Positions 50,225 through 62,849 of a stretch of DNA of 64,000 bases are shown piece after piece. Made by a program: the position numbers and the translations under genes. The notes below the pieces were generated by a model that saw nothing but the letters and a program-made list of their open reading frames with translations, did no database searches and was not told where the DNA came from. The DNA is from Prorocentrum cordatum (lineage: Eukaryota). Where the stretch lies: assembly GCA_963575745.1 (NCBI GenBank), contig CAUYUJ010000236.1:1-64000 (forward strand), written 5' to 3'. How positions within the stretch are numbered: the stretch's first letter is position 1; every line of letters starts with the position of its first letter.

Positions 50225-51101
50225 CTCAGCACACCAAACTCACTTTTGATTTTCTGGCTAGAACGTCGGAGGCGATCGCGGGGCTGGCCCGGGAGCTCTC
50301 GGCCCCGTCTGCGCCCGCGGCTGCGCGGCCGACCCCAAGCAGGAGAAGTAAGGACCCCCTGGCTCTGTCTGAGCACACGTTGTTCCACTTTCCTGCGCTG
50401 GGCGAGTGGCGGTGTAGCGTGTGCAACCTGTATGCTAAAACGCCCGCTTCCCTGGCCCAGCTCCAGACTGGCAACAGGCGGGTCTGCGGGCCCTCCACTT
50501 TCCAGCGTTGGAAAGCGACGGCGGTCTTCGCGGATCGATCGGAGGAGCGTTTCCCCCTCTCTTCGAAGGCGGTGCCTGTGGCCCTGGAGGCTGCGGATGT
50601 GGTCCTGGGGCCCGAGTCGGAGGTTGGCCAGGCTCCGCCTTCGATGGTGCTGCAGGAGCGTTTCGGGGCCCTCGGCCATGAAATGGAGCAGGTCGGGAGA
50701 GTTCTCTTCTGCTCACGTTGCTCTGTTTTCACGATTTTGCCAAACGGGAATCTGCGGGGTCTGGGTAATAGGTGTATGGGACGCTCGGACCACCCGTCGA
50801 CCCGCAGCTCACAAGCCACCAACATTAAATATGCGGCTCGTGGGCTCCATCCGAAGTCAGGCAAGTCTCTCGACCCGATCTGACCTTTCGGGGGGGGGGC
50901 CATGTCGTGTTCGGCGGTGCTCGAGGTGTACTCGCGCTGCTGAACGAAAAATATGATTGGCCCCCCTCCGTCCATATATTATAATGCGTGAGTAGCTTTA
51001 TGCCGCACGAGAGCGTCGACCGCGATCTGCGGCGTGCTTTACTGTATTCCCTTCTCCTTTCAAGCTCTCGGTCGCGGACACGCTTCCGATCAGCGGTGGC
51101 G
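50225..51101 (+). mobile_element. LINE-A2 3' part (C-terminal Cys/His fingers and 3' UTR)
   Basis: EHTLFHF...WRCSVC and GHEMEQVGRVLFCSRC match LINE-A1 GHVMEQVGPYIFCTAC; stop at 50883; ends TGGCG then (CCT)n. Confidence 0.8.
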
Positions 51102-51516
51102 CCTCCTCCTCCTCCTCCTCCTCCTCCTCCTCCCTCCTCCTCCTCCTCCTCCTCCTCCTCCTCCTCCTCCTCCTCCTCCTTCCTCCTCCTCGTCCTCCTC
51201 CTCCTCCTCCTCCTGCCTCCTCCTCCGCCACCTCCACCTCCACCTCCTACTCCTCCTCCTCCTCCCACCTCCTCCTCCTCCTCCTCCTCCTCCTCCTCCT
51301 CCTCCTCCTCCTCCTCCTCCTCCTCCTCCTCCCCCCTCCTCCTCCTCCTCCTCCTCCTCCTCCTCGTCCTCCCTCCTTTTCCTCTCCTGTTCCTCTCCCT
51401 TGTTCCTCCTCCTCCTCCTCCTCCTCCGCCTCCTCCTCCTCATCAGCATCATCATCATCTCATCATCATCATCATCATCATCATCATCACATCATCATCA
51501 TTCATCATCATCATCA

Positions 51517-51549
<33 letters not shown>

Positions 51550-52170
51550 ATCATCATCAATCATCATCATCATCATCATCCATCAATCATCCTCATCATC
51601 CTCATCCTCCTCCTCTCCCTCCTCCTCCTCCTCCCCTTCCTCACCCCCCCCCTCCTCTCCTCCTCCTCCTCCTCCTCCTCCTCCTCCTCCCTCTCCTGCC
51701 CGCCTCCTCCTCCTGCATCCTGCTCCTGGCTCCTGCTCCTGCTTCCTGCTCCTGCTCCTTTTCCTTATCTGTTTTTCTTCTCCTGTTCCTCCTCCTCCTC
51801 CTCCTCCTCCTCTGCCTCCTCCTCCTTCCCCCCCCCCCGCCCTCCTCCTCCTCCTCCTCCTTCCTCCTCCGCCTCCTCACTCCTCGCTCCTCCTCCTCCT
51901 CCTCCTCCTCCTCCTCCTCCTACTCCTCTCTCCTCCTCCTCCTCCTCCTCCTCCTCCTCCTCCTCCTCCGCCTCCTCCTCCTCCTCCTCCTCCTCCTCCT
52001 CTCGAACATAGCATGTCCTCTCCTCATCCTCATCCTCATCCTCCATCCTCGATTCATCATCATCAATCATCAGCATATCATCATCATCATCGCATCATCA
52101 TCATCATCATCATCACATCTCATCATCATCATCAGCATGCATCATCAGCATCAGCATCAGCATCATCATC

Positions 52171-52236
<66 letters not shown>

Positions 52237-52237
52237 G

Positions 52238-52277
<40 letters not shown>

Positions 52278-52285
52278 TCATCATC

Positions 52286-52365
<80 letters not shown>
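51102..52365. repeat. (CCT)n/(CAT)n compound microsatellite
   Basis: Direct reading of sequence. Confidence 0.97.
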
Positions 52366-52366
<1 letters not shown>

Positions 52367-53044
52367 TCCTCCCCCTCCCGGGGCGAGCATGATGTCTTAT
52401 GTTCACCATTTGCGGGCCTTTGTCGGGCCCTGGGGCCGTGCAAAAACGATGAGGGACAGAAAACCAATCACGGGGCAAGGGCCCTGACCTCCGGGGCCCG
52501 GCGTTGCGAGAAAAACAAAAAAACGACGTCGGGGGTCTGGGAAATGAGCAGGGACCAACCGCCAAGGCACTCGCACAGGCAATCGACGACATGCTCCCAG
52601 AACAGAATAGTGGCCCAAAAACAAGAACATGTTCTTAGAACACAAAAAATGCGCTACGCAAACGAAAACGGTACAAGCCAGACTTGTGGGCAAGCCAGGG
52701 CGTCTGGCCACTGCGTGAGGAAAAATGGATGAGGACCGCAGCACGAGGCCGAAGCGAAGAGGATGACAACGTCGCTCGAAATGACGACAGTTATGACATT
52801 GTCTCTCAAACAGGCCCCAGAAAGGCCGCCACAAAGCAATTCGCAAACCGCACTCGGGCGTAACCGCACCGATTGCAGCCGCTGGTAATTATAAATTCTC
52901 AGAAAGAAATCCGATGGATTGCCTAAGGAATCCAATGGACTTCCAGGGGAGTCCCATTCCTCTCGCGCCCCATTTATTTGCAGGAAGACAAGCGCGCTTG
53001 CGCAGCGCGCCCCACGCCCTCCGCCTTGGACTGCCAGAACTCCG

Positions 53045-53335
53045 ATGGTACTCTGATGCAGCTCTGTTTGGGATCTGGCCTGAAACTCTGATTCATATCC
53101 TGTTTAGCAGAAGCTCTGACTTGGCTCTGGCCTGAAACTCTGATTCGTCTCTCTGGTTTACCTGAAGCTCTGATTCCGCTCTGGTCTGGAACTCGGATTT
53201 CACTCTGAATTAGATCTGGTTGGGGGCAGAATCGAATCAGAGTTCAATCAGAGTTCAGACCAGGAGTCAAATCAAGGTTTCGAACAATCACAGATGAAAC
53301 AGAGTTTTGGGCCAGAGCTTAATCAGAGTATTGTT
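53045..53335. repeat. Foldback-like imperfect palindrome built of ACTCTGATT / AATCAGAGT subunits
   Basis: Subunit orientation flips at ~53222; arms are imperfectly complementary. Confidence 0.65.
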
Positions 53336-54489
53336 AGAGCTTTTCGAGTTTAATGTTTGGGGCTAGCTTGCCTCCACAACACACACTCAACGCAAGTGGG
53401 GCTTACAACCGTACACATGCAAATGCGACGCGCGTGCATGACGCGCGCGAGACCGGACGGATGCGGCATGACTCGACCCTGCAATCCCAACTATGACCTC
53501 GCGAAGGCGGGAAGGAGGAGACAGGGATACACGCATGTCCGCTGGCAACGTGTATATACAGCAGCGCTGACAGTGCGAGAGCGTAGGCAAAGACAAGCGG
53601 GCAATGGCAGCCCAGCGCGCGCGATTCGAAGCACAAGAGGCACGGGTCACAAGCGCGAGCATGAGTTCATCACGCGTGGCTGAATGGCGCCACCCCATAG
53701 AAGAATCCCACAGCAACTTGCAGAGCGCGCGAGCCGAACTTGGAGCACCATGGCATCGCCACGGTGATCGACCCTCCATGTCGAAGCCAGCTGCACAAGC
53801 GACGTTCTCCGCATCGCCGCCACTTCTTCGCGGGCAAAATAAGAAGACAAGGGGCCAGCGCGGCGGACTTTCGCCGCGGCACCCTGGCAACAAAGCGCGA
53901 ATGTGATTCCAATATCGCCGCCATTCCCCAGGGCCTCTTTCGAAGCCGTCAGAACGTCGCATTCGATGCAGGAGCTGCCGAATGACAACCGACGAGAAAG
54001 CATGCGTTCATTGCGCGCGTGAAGTTGCGTTTGCCCCACAGCGGGGGCCTTCAGTCGGAGAGCACAGGCAGGGATGGGAGGAGGGAGGAGGAGGAGAAGA
54101 GGAGTCGGAGTCGGATGCCTGGGCAGCTGTCCGCTTTCGTCCGTTGAAGGCCTGGGCTGCTGGCTCGCTACAAAGGCGTTACGAAAGGGGTCCCCTACGG
54201 GACCCGCGGCTTTTTGGCTTTTGGCCCGCTACAGCGCAGGGCCAAGGAAACGCGGGCTAATGTCTCATCAAAATAAAGACCCAACACCACAGGATGGTTG
54301 GTAAAAATATCCGGAAAGACTCCTGAGGGCATCCAACAGTCCTCCGGCCATGCTGTTCGTCGTCGTCCTCCTCGTCCTCGGTAGAACGGTATGAGCGATG
54401 ACTGTGGCCGATCCCGAAGGAAACCAAGCCAACGAGGAAGCTCAGAATGAATCTCATCTTCAGTCCTTGCCAAAACGTAGCTGGATGAG

Positions 54490-55430
54490 GCGCAGGAGGC
54501 CCGAAGAGGCGCAGGAGGCCCGAAGATGCGGCGGAGGCCCACGAGGATGTGCCAAAAACGAAGCGGCGCAGGAGGCCCGAAGAGGCCAAAATCAGTGATG
54601 TTCCAATTGTTTTCGCAGGACTTTGGCATTTGCTTCTTTTCGGCCTTCCGACGGCCCGAAACGGCCCAAGAGCCCCCAAAGATCGCCCCAAGATCGTCCA
54701 AGAGGCCTCCAAGATAGCCCCAGAACGGTCCAAGAGACCCCCGCGACGGCCCCAAGAGGGCTCTAGAGGCCTCCAAGACGCCCAAGATGGCCTCCAAGAT
54801 GGCCCTGGAGCACCCCAAGAGGGCTCTAGGGCGGCCCAAGGGAGCCCCCAAGACGGCTTCCGACGGGGTCAGACGGGCCAGGATCCCATCAAGACGGCCC
54901 CAAGACGGCTCTAAGATGACCCCAGAACGGCCCAAGAGACCCTCAAGAGGTCGCCAAGACGGCCCAAGAGGCCTCCAAGAGGGCCTCCAGGAAGGCCCGA
55001 AGAGGCGAAAATCAGTGATTTCCCGTAGGTTTTCGCAGGACTTTGGCATTTGCCTCTTTTCGGCCCTCCTACTTCCCAAGACGGCAGAGAGCCCCCAAAG
55101 ATCGCCACGAGATCGCCCAAGAGGGCTCCACGATAGCCCCAGAACGGCCCAAGAGACCCCCTAGACGGACCCAAGAGGGCCCCAAGACGGCCCAAGGGGC
55201 CTCCAAGATGCCCAAGATGGCCTCCAGGGTGGCCCTGGAGCACCCCAAGAGGGCCCCAAGTCAGCCCAGAGAGGTCCCAAGGACGGCGTGTGACGGCATC
55301 TGACGAGCCAGGAATACCCTAAGATTGCCGAAGAGGCCCCCGAGAAGCCCTCAAGGGCCCCTTAGAAGCCCAACGAGGCTCCCAAGATGCCTCCCAGGAA
55401 GCTCCCAGGAGGCTCCCAAGATGCCCATTC
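54490..55430 (+). repeat. CCCAAGA-rich repeat with a ~420-bp internal duplication
   Basis: AAAATCAGTGAT...TTTTCGCAGGACTTTGGCATTTGC at ~54588 and ~55008. Confidence 0.85.
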
Positions 55431-57060
55431 CTCCTCCTCCTCCTCCTCCTCCTCCTCCTCCTCCTGGTTTTCTCCATCCTCCCCCAAAGGTTCCCCGAAG
55501 GTGTCCACACCGGCTGGGGGAACACATGGTCCAGTAGCTTGGGAGAGCTCTTGCCACAACGCTCTGCCACATGGGCGATTCCAAAAGGTAGGGGGCGGCG
55601 GTGATTCGCAGTAAGCGTCTTCGATATCGAAACCGACCGAGTGTGCTTCTAGCCGGGCTGAGTCGAACCTTGGTGCGTTCGTTTGCGCTTGTTTGAAAAA
55701 CGACAGACGTGCACGACTGACGTCACTTGTCGCTCGTCCCCTACAGACTCAGAGCGGGTGCAGAGTAAGAACCTGATCTACGTGACGGGGTCAGAAGGTG
55801 ATGACGACGCGTGGGGGTCGCATGGCGATGTGTCGGGCCGTGCCCCCTCACGCCAGCCTGTAGTGCAGCGGCTTGCTATTGCGGGGTCATGCAAACACTT
55901 ATGACATGTAGCCACGCATGATATTCCCGAAAACAATGTCTGAACGGTATATTGCTCCGAGCAGATCTAAATTGTCACCTGGTGCTTGCGTCGTCCTTGA
56001 ATATCTGCATGTAGCCGATGGCTGCTCCGAAAGCGAACCATACGGACACAACAGAGAGAAAATATAACCGCACCAGGAAAAGCGGTGCGATGCTTAATTA
56101 TGGTGCACATGTTAAGCGATGTGTACTGCTTGGGGGCCTGGTGTCGGCCTCCACTCAGATTGGTCTATTTCCAAGCAGCATGTTCCCAAGCGTGCAGGTC
56201 GTGGAATCATTTCTGTTGTTCGAATGCAGATCATAATGTTTCAATGTGTACATGTACGTTTATATATAAATATCCATATTCATATATGTATCAATATATG
56301 CCAGGCTGGCATTCGCTCGTTGCTACGCTGTCGGCTTTCGTGGCCAGCCGCACGTAGCTCTCTTCTGGAACCTCGAATGTTTGGCCAATCGCCACACAAA
56401 GAACATGGTCTCGGAGTGGCGGCGCACGGTTAGCAGAGCCGGTAACACATCGTTTTCCGCCGCGCAGTAGAATCAAGAGCAGGAACTAGCCTGATTCGGC
56501 CAGCCCCGCTACCAAGTCAAAGATGCCGTCCTGGGTTATCACATGTAAGTCTAAAGGCTGGTAAGGATGAGGGCAGATAAGCCTTTTCGCGCAAGCAAGA
56601 TATAGTATCGTAGCTCGGATAATCGGGCGCGGGTGCACTGATGGACGTGTTCCCAAAAGGCAACAGCATGACTCTCCCCCGTAACCTCAGTTAGCTTCCC
56701 GTCGAGTTAAGCAGCGCTCCATTCTTAACGATAACCCAACAACAGCAGGTCATGAATAGTAATGAATGAAGCAGGACGCAAAAAGAGGGAGGAGGCAGGA
56801 GGGAGGCGGAATGAAGGAGGCGCGCGAGCAGCGCTCTATGAAAACCGATAGCCCAACACAGGAAAGTTGATAATACACAGATGCTGCACTGAACAACTCC
56901 TAGTCGTCATCGCGACTCGAAAATATGTGGGTGCTGTATATATTTGCGCTTTTGCTTCTGCAAGGGTTGCTTGCTTCGTTTGAGCGGATTGTAATGTACG
57001 TGTGTCTGCGTCCCCCCTGGGATCTACGGCACACGTGGTCCGAACACCCCAGGGCCGATC

Positions 57061-57231
57061 CTCCGCAAACCACATCACGAAGGAACTCTGGTCGAACTCA
57101 GGCGACCCCTCCACCTTGCTGACCTCGAGCGGCTCGAAGTCTATCTGGTACAGGTCGTGTTTGAGCTCCTCCTCGCTGCAGTCTCTAAGATTCCAGGCCA
57201 CCACCAGAGTCCTTGGCTTGGGCTTGGGCGC
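57061..57231 (-). CDS. Candidate isolated host exon (57 codons), RRM-like fragment
   Basis: APKPKPRTLVVAWNLRDCSEEELKHDLYQIDFEPLEVSKVEGSPEFDQSSFVMWFAE; GC3-rich codons; pyrimidine-rich tract plus AG|G acceptor; AG|GA donor; boundaries inferred. Confidence 0.45.
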
Positions 57232-57684
57232 CTTGGCGGCGCGCAGAAGGCGGTGTTGCGAGAGCGGCGGCGGTCAGAGAAGGCGGGGGGGCTTCCTCAG
57301 AAGGACCCGGCTGTGAGATGCAACGTGACCTTTGGGGCCGCGACATGGAAAATAAAAACATCGTGTCATACCGTCGGGCCCGGGACTGCTAAAGCACGAC
57401 TCGGGATAATCAAACGGCCCTGGGAAACGAGATGGGACTTTTGGGGGTCCCGTCCTGAACAAGTTAGGACTCCAAATGTCTGGGAAGGGGGGGCGGGGCG
57501 GGGAGGGAGGATACAGGCGACCGCAACCACATACCAGACAGAGGGTTGTGACACGATCGACCAGGGGGACAAGCACGGTCGACCAGGAGGGAAAATGAGC
57601 ATCCAACCTCATATCCCTCTTCATCATTTCCCATCCCCCTCTTCCTTCTATGACCTTCCTCCTCAGTGTCATCACCCTCTGCAG

Positions 57685-58250
57685 TTTTCGGGAGTCCTGG
57701 TCGCCTGGGCTGCGGACTGCAGAGCCCCTGGAAGTTTTAAAATGTCAATCTGAAGCATTTCAACAAATGTAACAATTTCGCGGGAGATGCCAATTTTGAA
57801 AATTCTCGAATCGTCACATCCTGGAGGGTCCAGGGCCCCTGGAATTTTCAGGAATGAACCAATTCTTTCGACGTTGGGGATTCAAGCTTTGGGGCTTTGA
57901 CTTTTGACGTTCAGAGGAAAAATATATGAAGAGCTTGGCTTGTGACATGTAAAACCTGGTGACTAATTAAAATGATTGGAGTTATAAGAGGTGTAAGAAT
58001 CTAAATGTTTTACATTCGGGAAGCTCTGGGGTCTTCGGGATTCCTGGTCGCCTGGACCGCGCACTCCACGGCCCCTGGAAATCGTACAATCGATACCTCT
58101 GTCGGTATCCTTGAACATGTAAAACAACTAAGAATATCCAACAAGTTCAACCGCTTATGAAACAGGAATAATGTTTCCAGAATGGAGGTCCAGGGTTCTC
58201 GGGATCCCTGGTCGCCTGGAGTGTGGACTCCAGGGCCCCTGGGAATTCCA
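57685..58250 (+). repeat. Spaced ~45-bp repeat CCTGGTCGCCTGG...GGCCCCTGGAA, 3-4 copies
   Basis: Copies at ~57690, 57820 (partial), 58035, 58200. Confidence 0.7.
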
Positions 58251-58252
58251 AT

Positions 58253-58303
<51 letters not shown>

Positions 58304-58624
58304 ATATATGCACACATGTACACATTAAACAAACAAGCTTGGGATTTGTTGTAAAACAAATATAACGAATGCTTTGGGGAATATCGATATACTGGGCGGC
58401 ATGGAGTTTTCGGGATTCCTAAAAGCCTGGGCTGAAGGACCCCGACGCCTCATCCAATAGTCCCCCTCTCGCCTTTGGTATCCTTGTTATCCCACGCATT
58501 TGTGCCTTTCCTCCTCCCACGCTCAAGAGGAGGGAAAGGATCAGGAGGAGGCGCAGGAAACCGGCGGCACGAGGAATACGGAGGAGGAGGCGGGAAGAGA
58601 TGGACGAGGTGGAAGAGAGGAAGC

Positions 58625-58935
58625 GTGGGATGACGATGACGATGATGATGAGGCAAATGACGACGACGACGGTGGTGGTAGTGGTGATGATGTTGGTGAT
58701 GATGGAACTGCGAATGATGACGATGATTGAAAAGATGCGGGTTGTGATTGTGATGGTGGTGACGAGGATCATGGTGGTGGTGGTGGTGGTCATGATGATG
58801 TTGATGATGATGGTGCATGTGGTGATGATGAGGAAGACGACGATTACGCAGATGCCAATGACCACCACGACGACAAAGATGATGATGGTGATGGTGATGG
58901 TGATGGTGGTGGTGATGCTGATGATGTTGATGGTA
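58625..58935. repeat. (GAT/GGT)n degenerate microsatellite
   Basis: Direct reading of sequence. Confidence 0.9.
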
Positions 58936-59957
58936 TGGGCGTCGACTTTGTTGGGACCCGTCCCCATAAAACGGTGGTGCCTTTATGGAGACAGCCCATC
59001 AACTGGATGGGTATGTTCTGGGGACCTGTAGAACTAATTCGGTGGAAAAACAAACAAAAACATGTTAAGGGGACGGAAAGAACGGGAGGCATTTAATAGG
59101 GGCTGGTCCCCCTAAAACTGATGGACACTTCAGGGGGACTGGTCCCCGTAAAACGAAGAGGTACTTCAGGGGGACTGGTCCTCATGAAAATGGCGCCCAT
59201 TTTACCGTTCCCTGCAATAGTGACGTCAAGATCGAGGACTTGGAACATTTCTGAGGTCGTCGATGAAGAAGGTTCGGGGATCGAGGATTGAAGAGACTGG
59301 TCCGAATTGCTTGGGCTGTGGACTGGAAGCTTACTAGTGACGTTCTGGGCTTTATTTGGAATGCCACTTAGGACCTGTCGGGGGCCTCCTCAGCCTCTCT
59401 TGGATGCCTCTTGGGGCCCACTGGAGGCCACCTGGGTGCTTCTCGGTGACCTGACAACGACATTGGAAACTTCTTGCGCGGGAGAGCCCGGAACATCACT
59501 GTTATATGTTGGTCCCTCTTGGGTGCTCTTGGGGCCGCTAGTGTTACAATTCACACGACTTCCATTCTATACATTCATACATCAGAGATCACGGGGCTAA
59601 ATATATTAACATAAGTGTGTAAATAAACCTGACATGAATATGCATGCGTCACTACGACCTAGATAAATGTGAGCATTCGAGAGAGCGCGTTTCACGGGCG
59701 TTCGCCTTGGGAACATTCGGCGGCGCGTTTCGAACCGGAGAGTGAGCCCCCCCAGCATTCGGCGCCGTCGATCAAAACCAGGGGGACTCCTTTCCCCCCC
59801 GGACCCCCCCCCCCAACCACCCCCCCGCGGGGACGCAACGACGATGACCAGACCCTACGGAGGGGGGGGGGGGGCCAAACCCCTCCCCCCTCCCACCCCC
59901 TGGCACTGGCGCTGGCGCCGTCGCCAGCGCCAGCGCCGGGGGGACGCAGCGACGATT

Positions 59958-60525
59958 ACCACCACAACCACCACCACCACCACCACTACCACCACCATCA
60001 TCGCCTCAACCCGCCACCACCACCACCAACCCTCCACACAACCACCACCACCCCCGCCACAGCCACCACCACCACCACTACAACCTCCACCACCACAACT
60101 CACCATCACCACCACCACAGAAATCCACGACCACTACCACCACCACCACCACAAACCACCACACCACCACCACCACCACCGCCACAACCACCACCACTAC
60201 CAGCACCCAACCCACCACAACCACCACAAACCACCACACCACCACCACAACCACCACCACAAACCACCGCCACCTCCATAACACACCACCACCGCCACCA
60301 CCACCACAAACCACCACACCACCACCAAACATCCACCACCACCACCACAACCACCACCACCACAACCACCACCACAAACTACCACCACACCACCACCAAA
60401 CCACCACAACCACCACCCACCACAACAACCACCACAACCACAACAACCCACCACACCACCACCACAACAGCCACCTCCGCCGCCACCGCCACCACCACAA
60501 CCCACCACCACCACCACCACCACCG
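59958..60525. repeat. (CAC)n degenerate microsatellite
   Basis: Direct reading of sequence. Confidence 0.95.
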
Positions 60526-61663
60526 TCGTCTTCGTCGACGCTCCCCGCCACCGTTGCCCGCCGCCGCAGGCGCTGGCGCGTCCCCGCCGCCACCGCCAGC
60601 CGCCGCCGACGCAGGCGACGGCCTGAGGATAGGGAGTGAGGAAAAGTAGCGGCGGGGTTCGAACCCCCCCCCCCCTTCCTCCGTCACTGGGAAGGGGGGG
60701 TCGAAATCCCCGTCGAAACCATCCCCCGCCCTCCATCCAGGGGGGGGGTCGGTTCCAAACCTCCAAGCGACCATAGAACACGCACTTTCAAACATATGTA
60801 AACATTTACGCACACATGAGGTGTATGAATATATGAGTATATATGTGTAAATATGCGTGTATATATAGTATCACCTGTTAAAGTATCGATACCATTCTTA
60901 ATACTCATATCTCAAAGAAACCAGGGCCGAGGCACCACCGAGCTAGCCCTGGCCTTCATGGGGAGCGCCCGAACGGCCCGGAGTGACACTGACATGCTGC
61001 CCAGACTACGTATATACACATATTCATATGCTTATGTATGTGTGAATATGGTTTATCGATGTGTAGAAACAGCTGATGTCTGTACATGTACATGAAGCAC
61101 GTTCGGCATTTCTGTATGTATACCTTTTTACAAATTAGAATCGTACCCGTATTTGCATTTATTTGAGGCTCTGAGACTACATGTGTGTACACGTTTATTT
61201 GACACCAGTAATACGTGCATACAATTTCGTACAGGATGTTATAATTCATAATGGCGTAAAACGTTTATACGAATACACATATAGCAATACGCGCGCACAT
61301 GTAAACATGCAAATGTTGAAAATGACATTACCATGACGGCCGTGCCAAACGCGTATATAAGCACTATGTGCAGGGAACACATCGCGGGACATGTACGCAT
61401 GTGTGAATAATGATCGTACACGTAGTGCTGTATATACACACGTATCAATGTAAACGTGCATCGCAATATCATTATATCACATACATATATATATATATAT
61501 ACACATACATCTACGTCTACACACATACGTATGCATATATACGTTGGCATGTGTCCGTATGTACACATACACATTTTCGTACCCATAGTAAGTATATACA
61601 GACTTGTGGCCGCGTATACGTGCATACCCAAATATAGGTGAAAAGGGGAAAGAGTTTAAAAAG

Positions 61664-61694
<31 letters not shown>

Positions 61695-62104
61695 TCAGAA
61701 AACATTCGCCTGATTCGTGGAATCGTGCTTGGAAACAAACACCCTGACACGTTGGAACCGGGGGCGGGGCCCAGCACAGTGGGGGGCCAATAACATTGAA
61801 CGCCTCTGGGGAATTGGACACCCCCGCAGGACACCGGTTTTCCTAACCGGGGGGGGGCTCCAAGGGAAGGGACCGAACTCCGACAGGACCCCCCCCCCCC
61901 CGGGGAGAGGACCCCGCTGCCAAAAGGGGGGGAGAAGTTCGAACCGGGGTGCCCCCCCATTAGTGCTAAGAGGGGGGAGTTCGCAATGGGGCGGGGGGGG
62001 GGCACCCATGTCTTGGGGGGCGGCGTTCGAACCTGGGGGGGGGGGCGAGCCCCCCCCCCACCCAAAGGGGGGCCAAAGGGGGGTCCCGAACTGGAGGAGG
62101 AGGG

Positions 62105-62159
<55 letters not shown>

Positions 62160-62680
62160 GGTGGCCGTCGTTGCCCGACGGCGCTGGCGCCAGCGCCAGG
62201 TGGGGGGGGGGCCTCCCAGTGGAACCCCCCGTCCTGCAACCCAGGGGGGGCCGTTGTGCGCGTCGTCGTCGCCGTCCTCCTCCTCCTCCTCCTCCTCCTC
62301 CTCCTCCTCCCCTCCTCCTCCTCCTCCTCCTCCTCCTCCTCCTCCTCCTCCTCTTTATCCTCCTCCTCCTCCTCCTCCGCCTCCGCCTCCGCCTCCTCCT
62401 CCTCCTCCCCCTCCTCCGCCACCTCCTCCTCCTCCTCGTTATCCCCCCCCTCCCCTTCTCCTCCTCTTCCTCCTCTTCCTCCTCCTCCTCCGTATGTTCC
62501 TCCTCTTCCTCCTCCTCGCCTCCTCCTCCTCCTCTCCCCCTCCTCCCCCTCCTCCTCCTCCCTCCTCCTCCTCCTCCTCCTCCTCCTCCCCCCTCCTCCC
62601 TCCTCCTCCTCCTCTCTTCCTCCTCCTCCTCCTTTTCCTCCTCCTCCTCCTCCTCCTCTATCTCCTTCTTCTTCTTCCTT
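62105..62680. repeat. (GTC)n and (CCT)n microsatellites
   Basis: Direct reading of sequence. Confidence 0.95.
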
Positions 62681-62799
62681 CGCCGATTGAAACCTGAAGC
62701 TGCGCTGGTGATACATGCATGACAAGAGCAAGCAAGCAAGCAGGGGCGAGCGGCCTGTCCTCACCCAGCTTGCTGAACATCGGGGGCGACATTGCCCCT

Positions 62800-62830
<31 letters not shown>

Positions 62831-62849
62831 CCCAGCGAGCACTGCGGCG

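Noticed and set aside
58950..59190. Palindromic GGGGACTGGTCCCC repeats as operator sites or terminators
   Set aside because: Short tandem units in repeat context with no adjacent gene to regulate.
60645..60780. tRNA or tRNA-derived SINE (GGTTCGAACC B-box-like motif, also ~61935 and 62025)
   Set aside because: No cloverleaf or A-box could be built; the motif lies in G/C homopolymer-rich repeat sequence.
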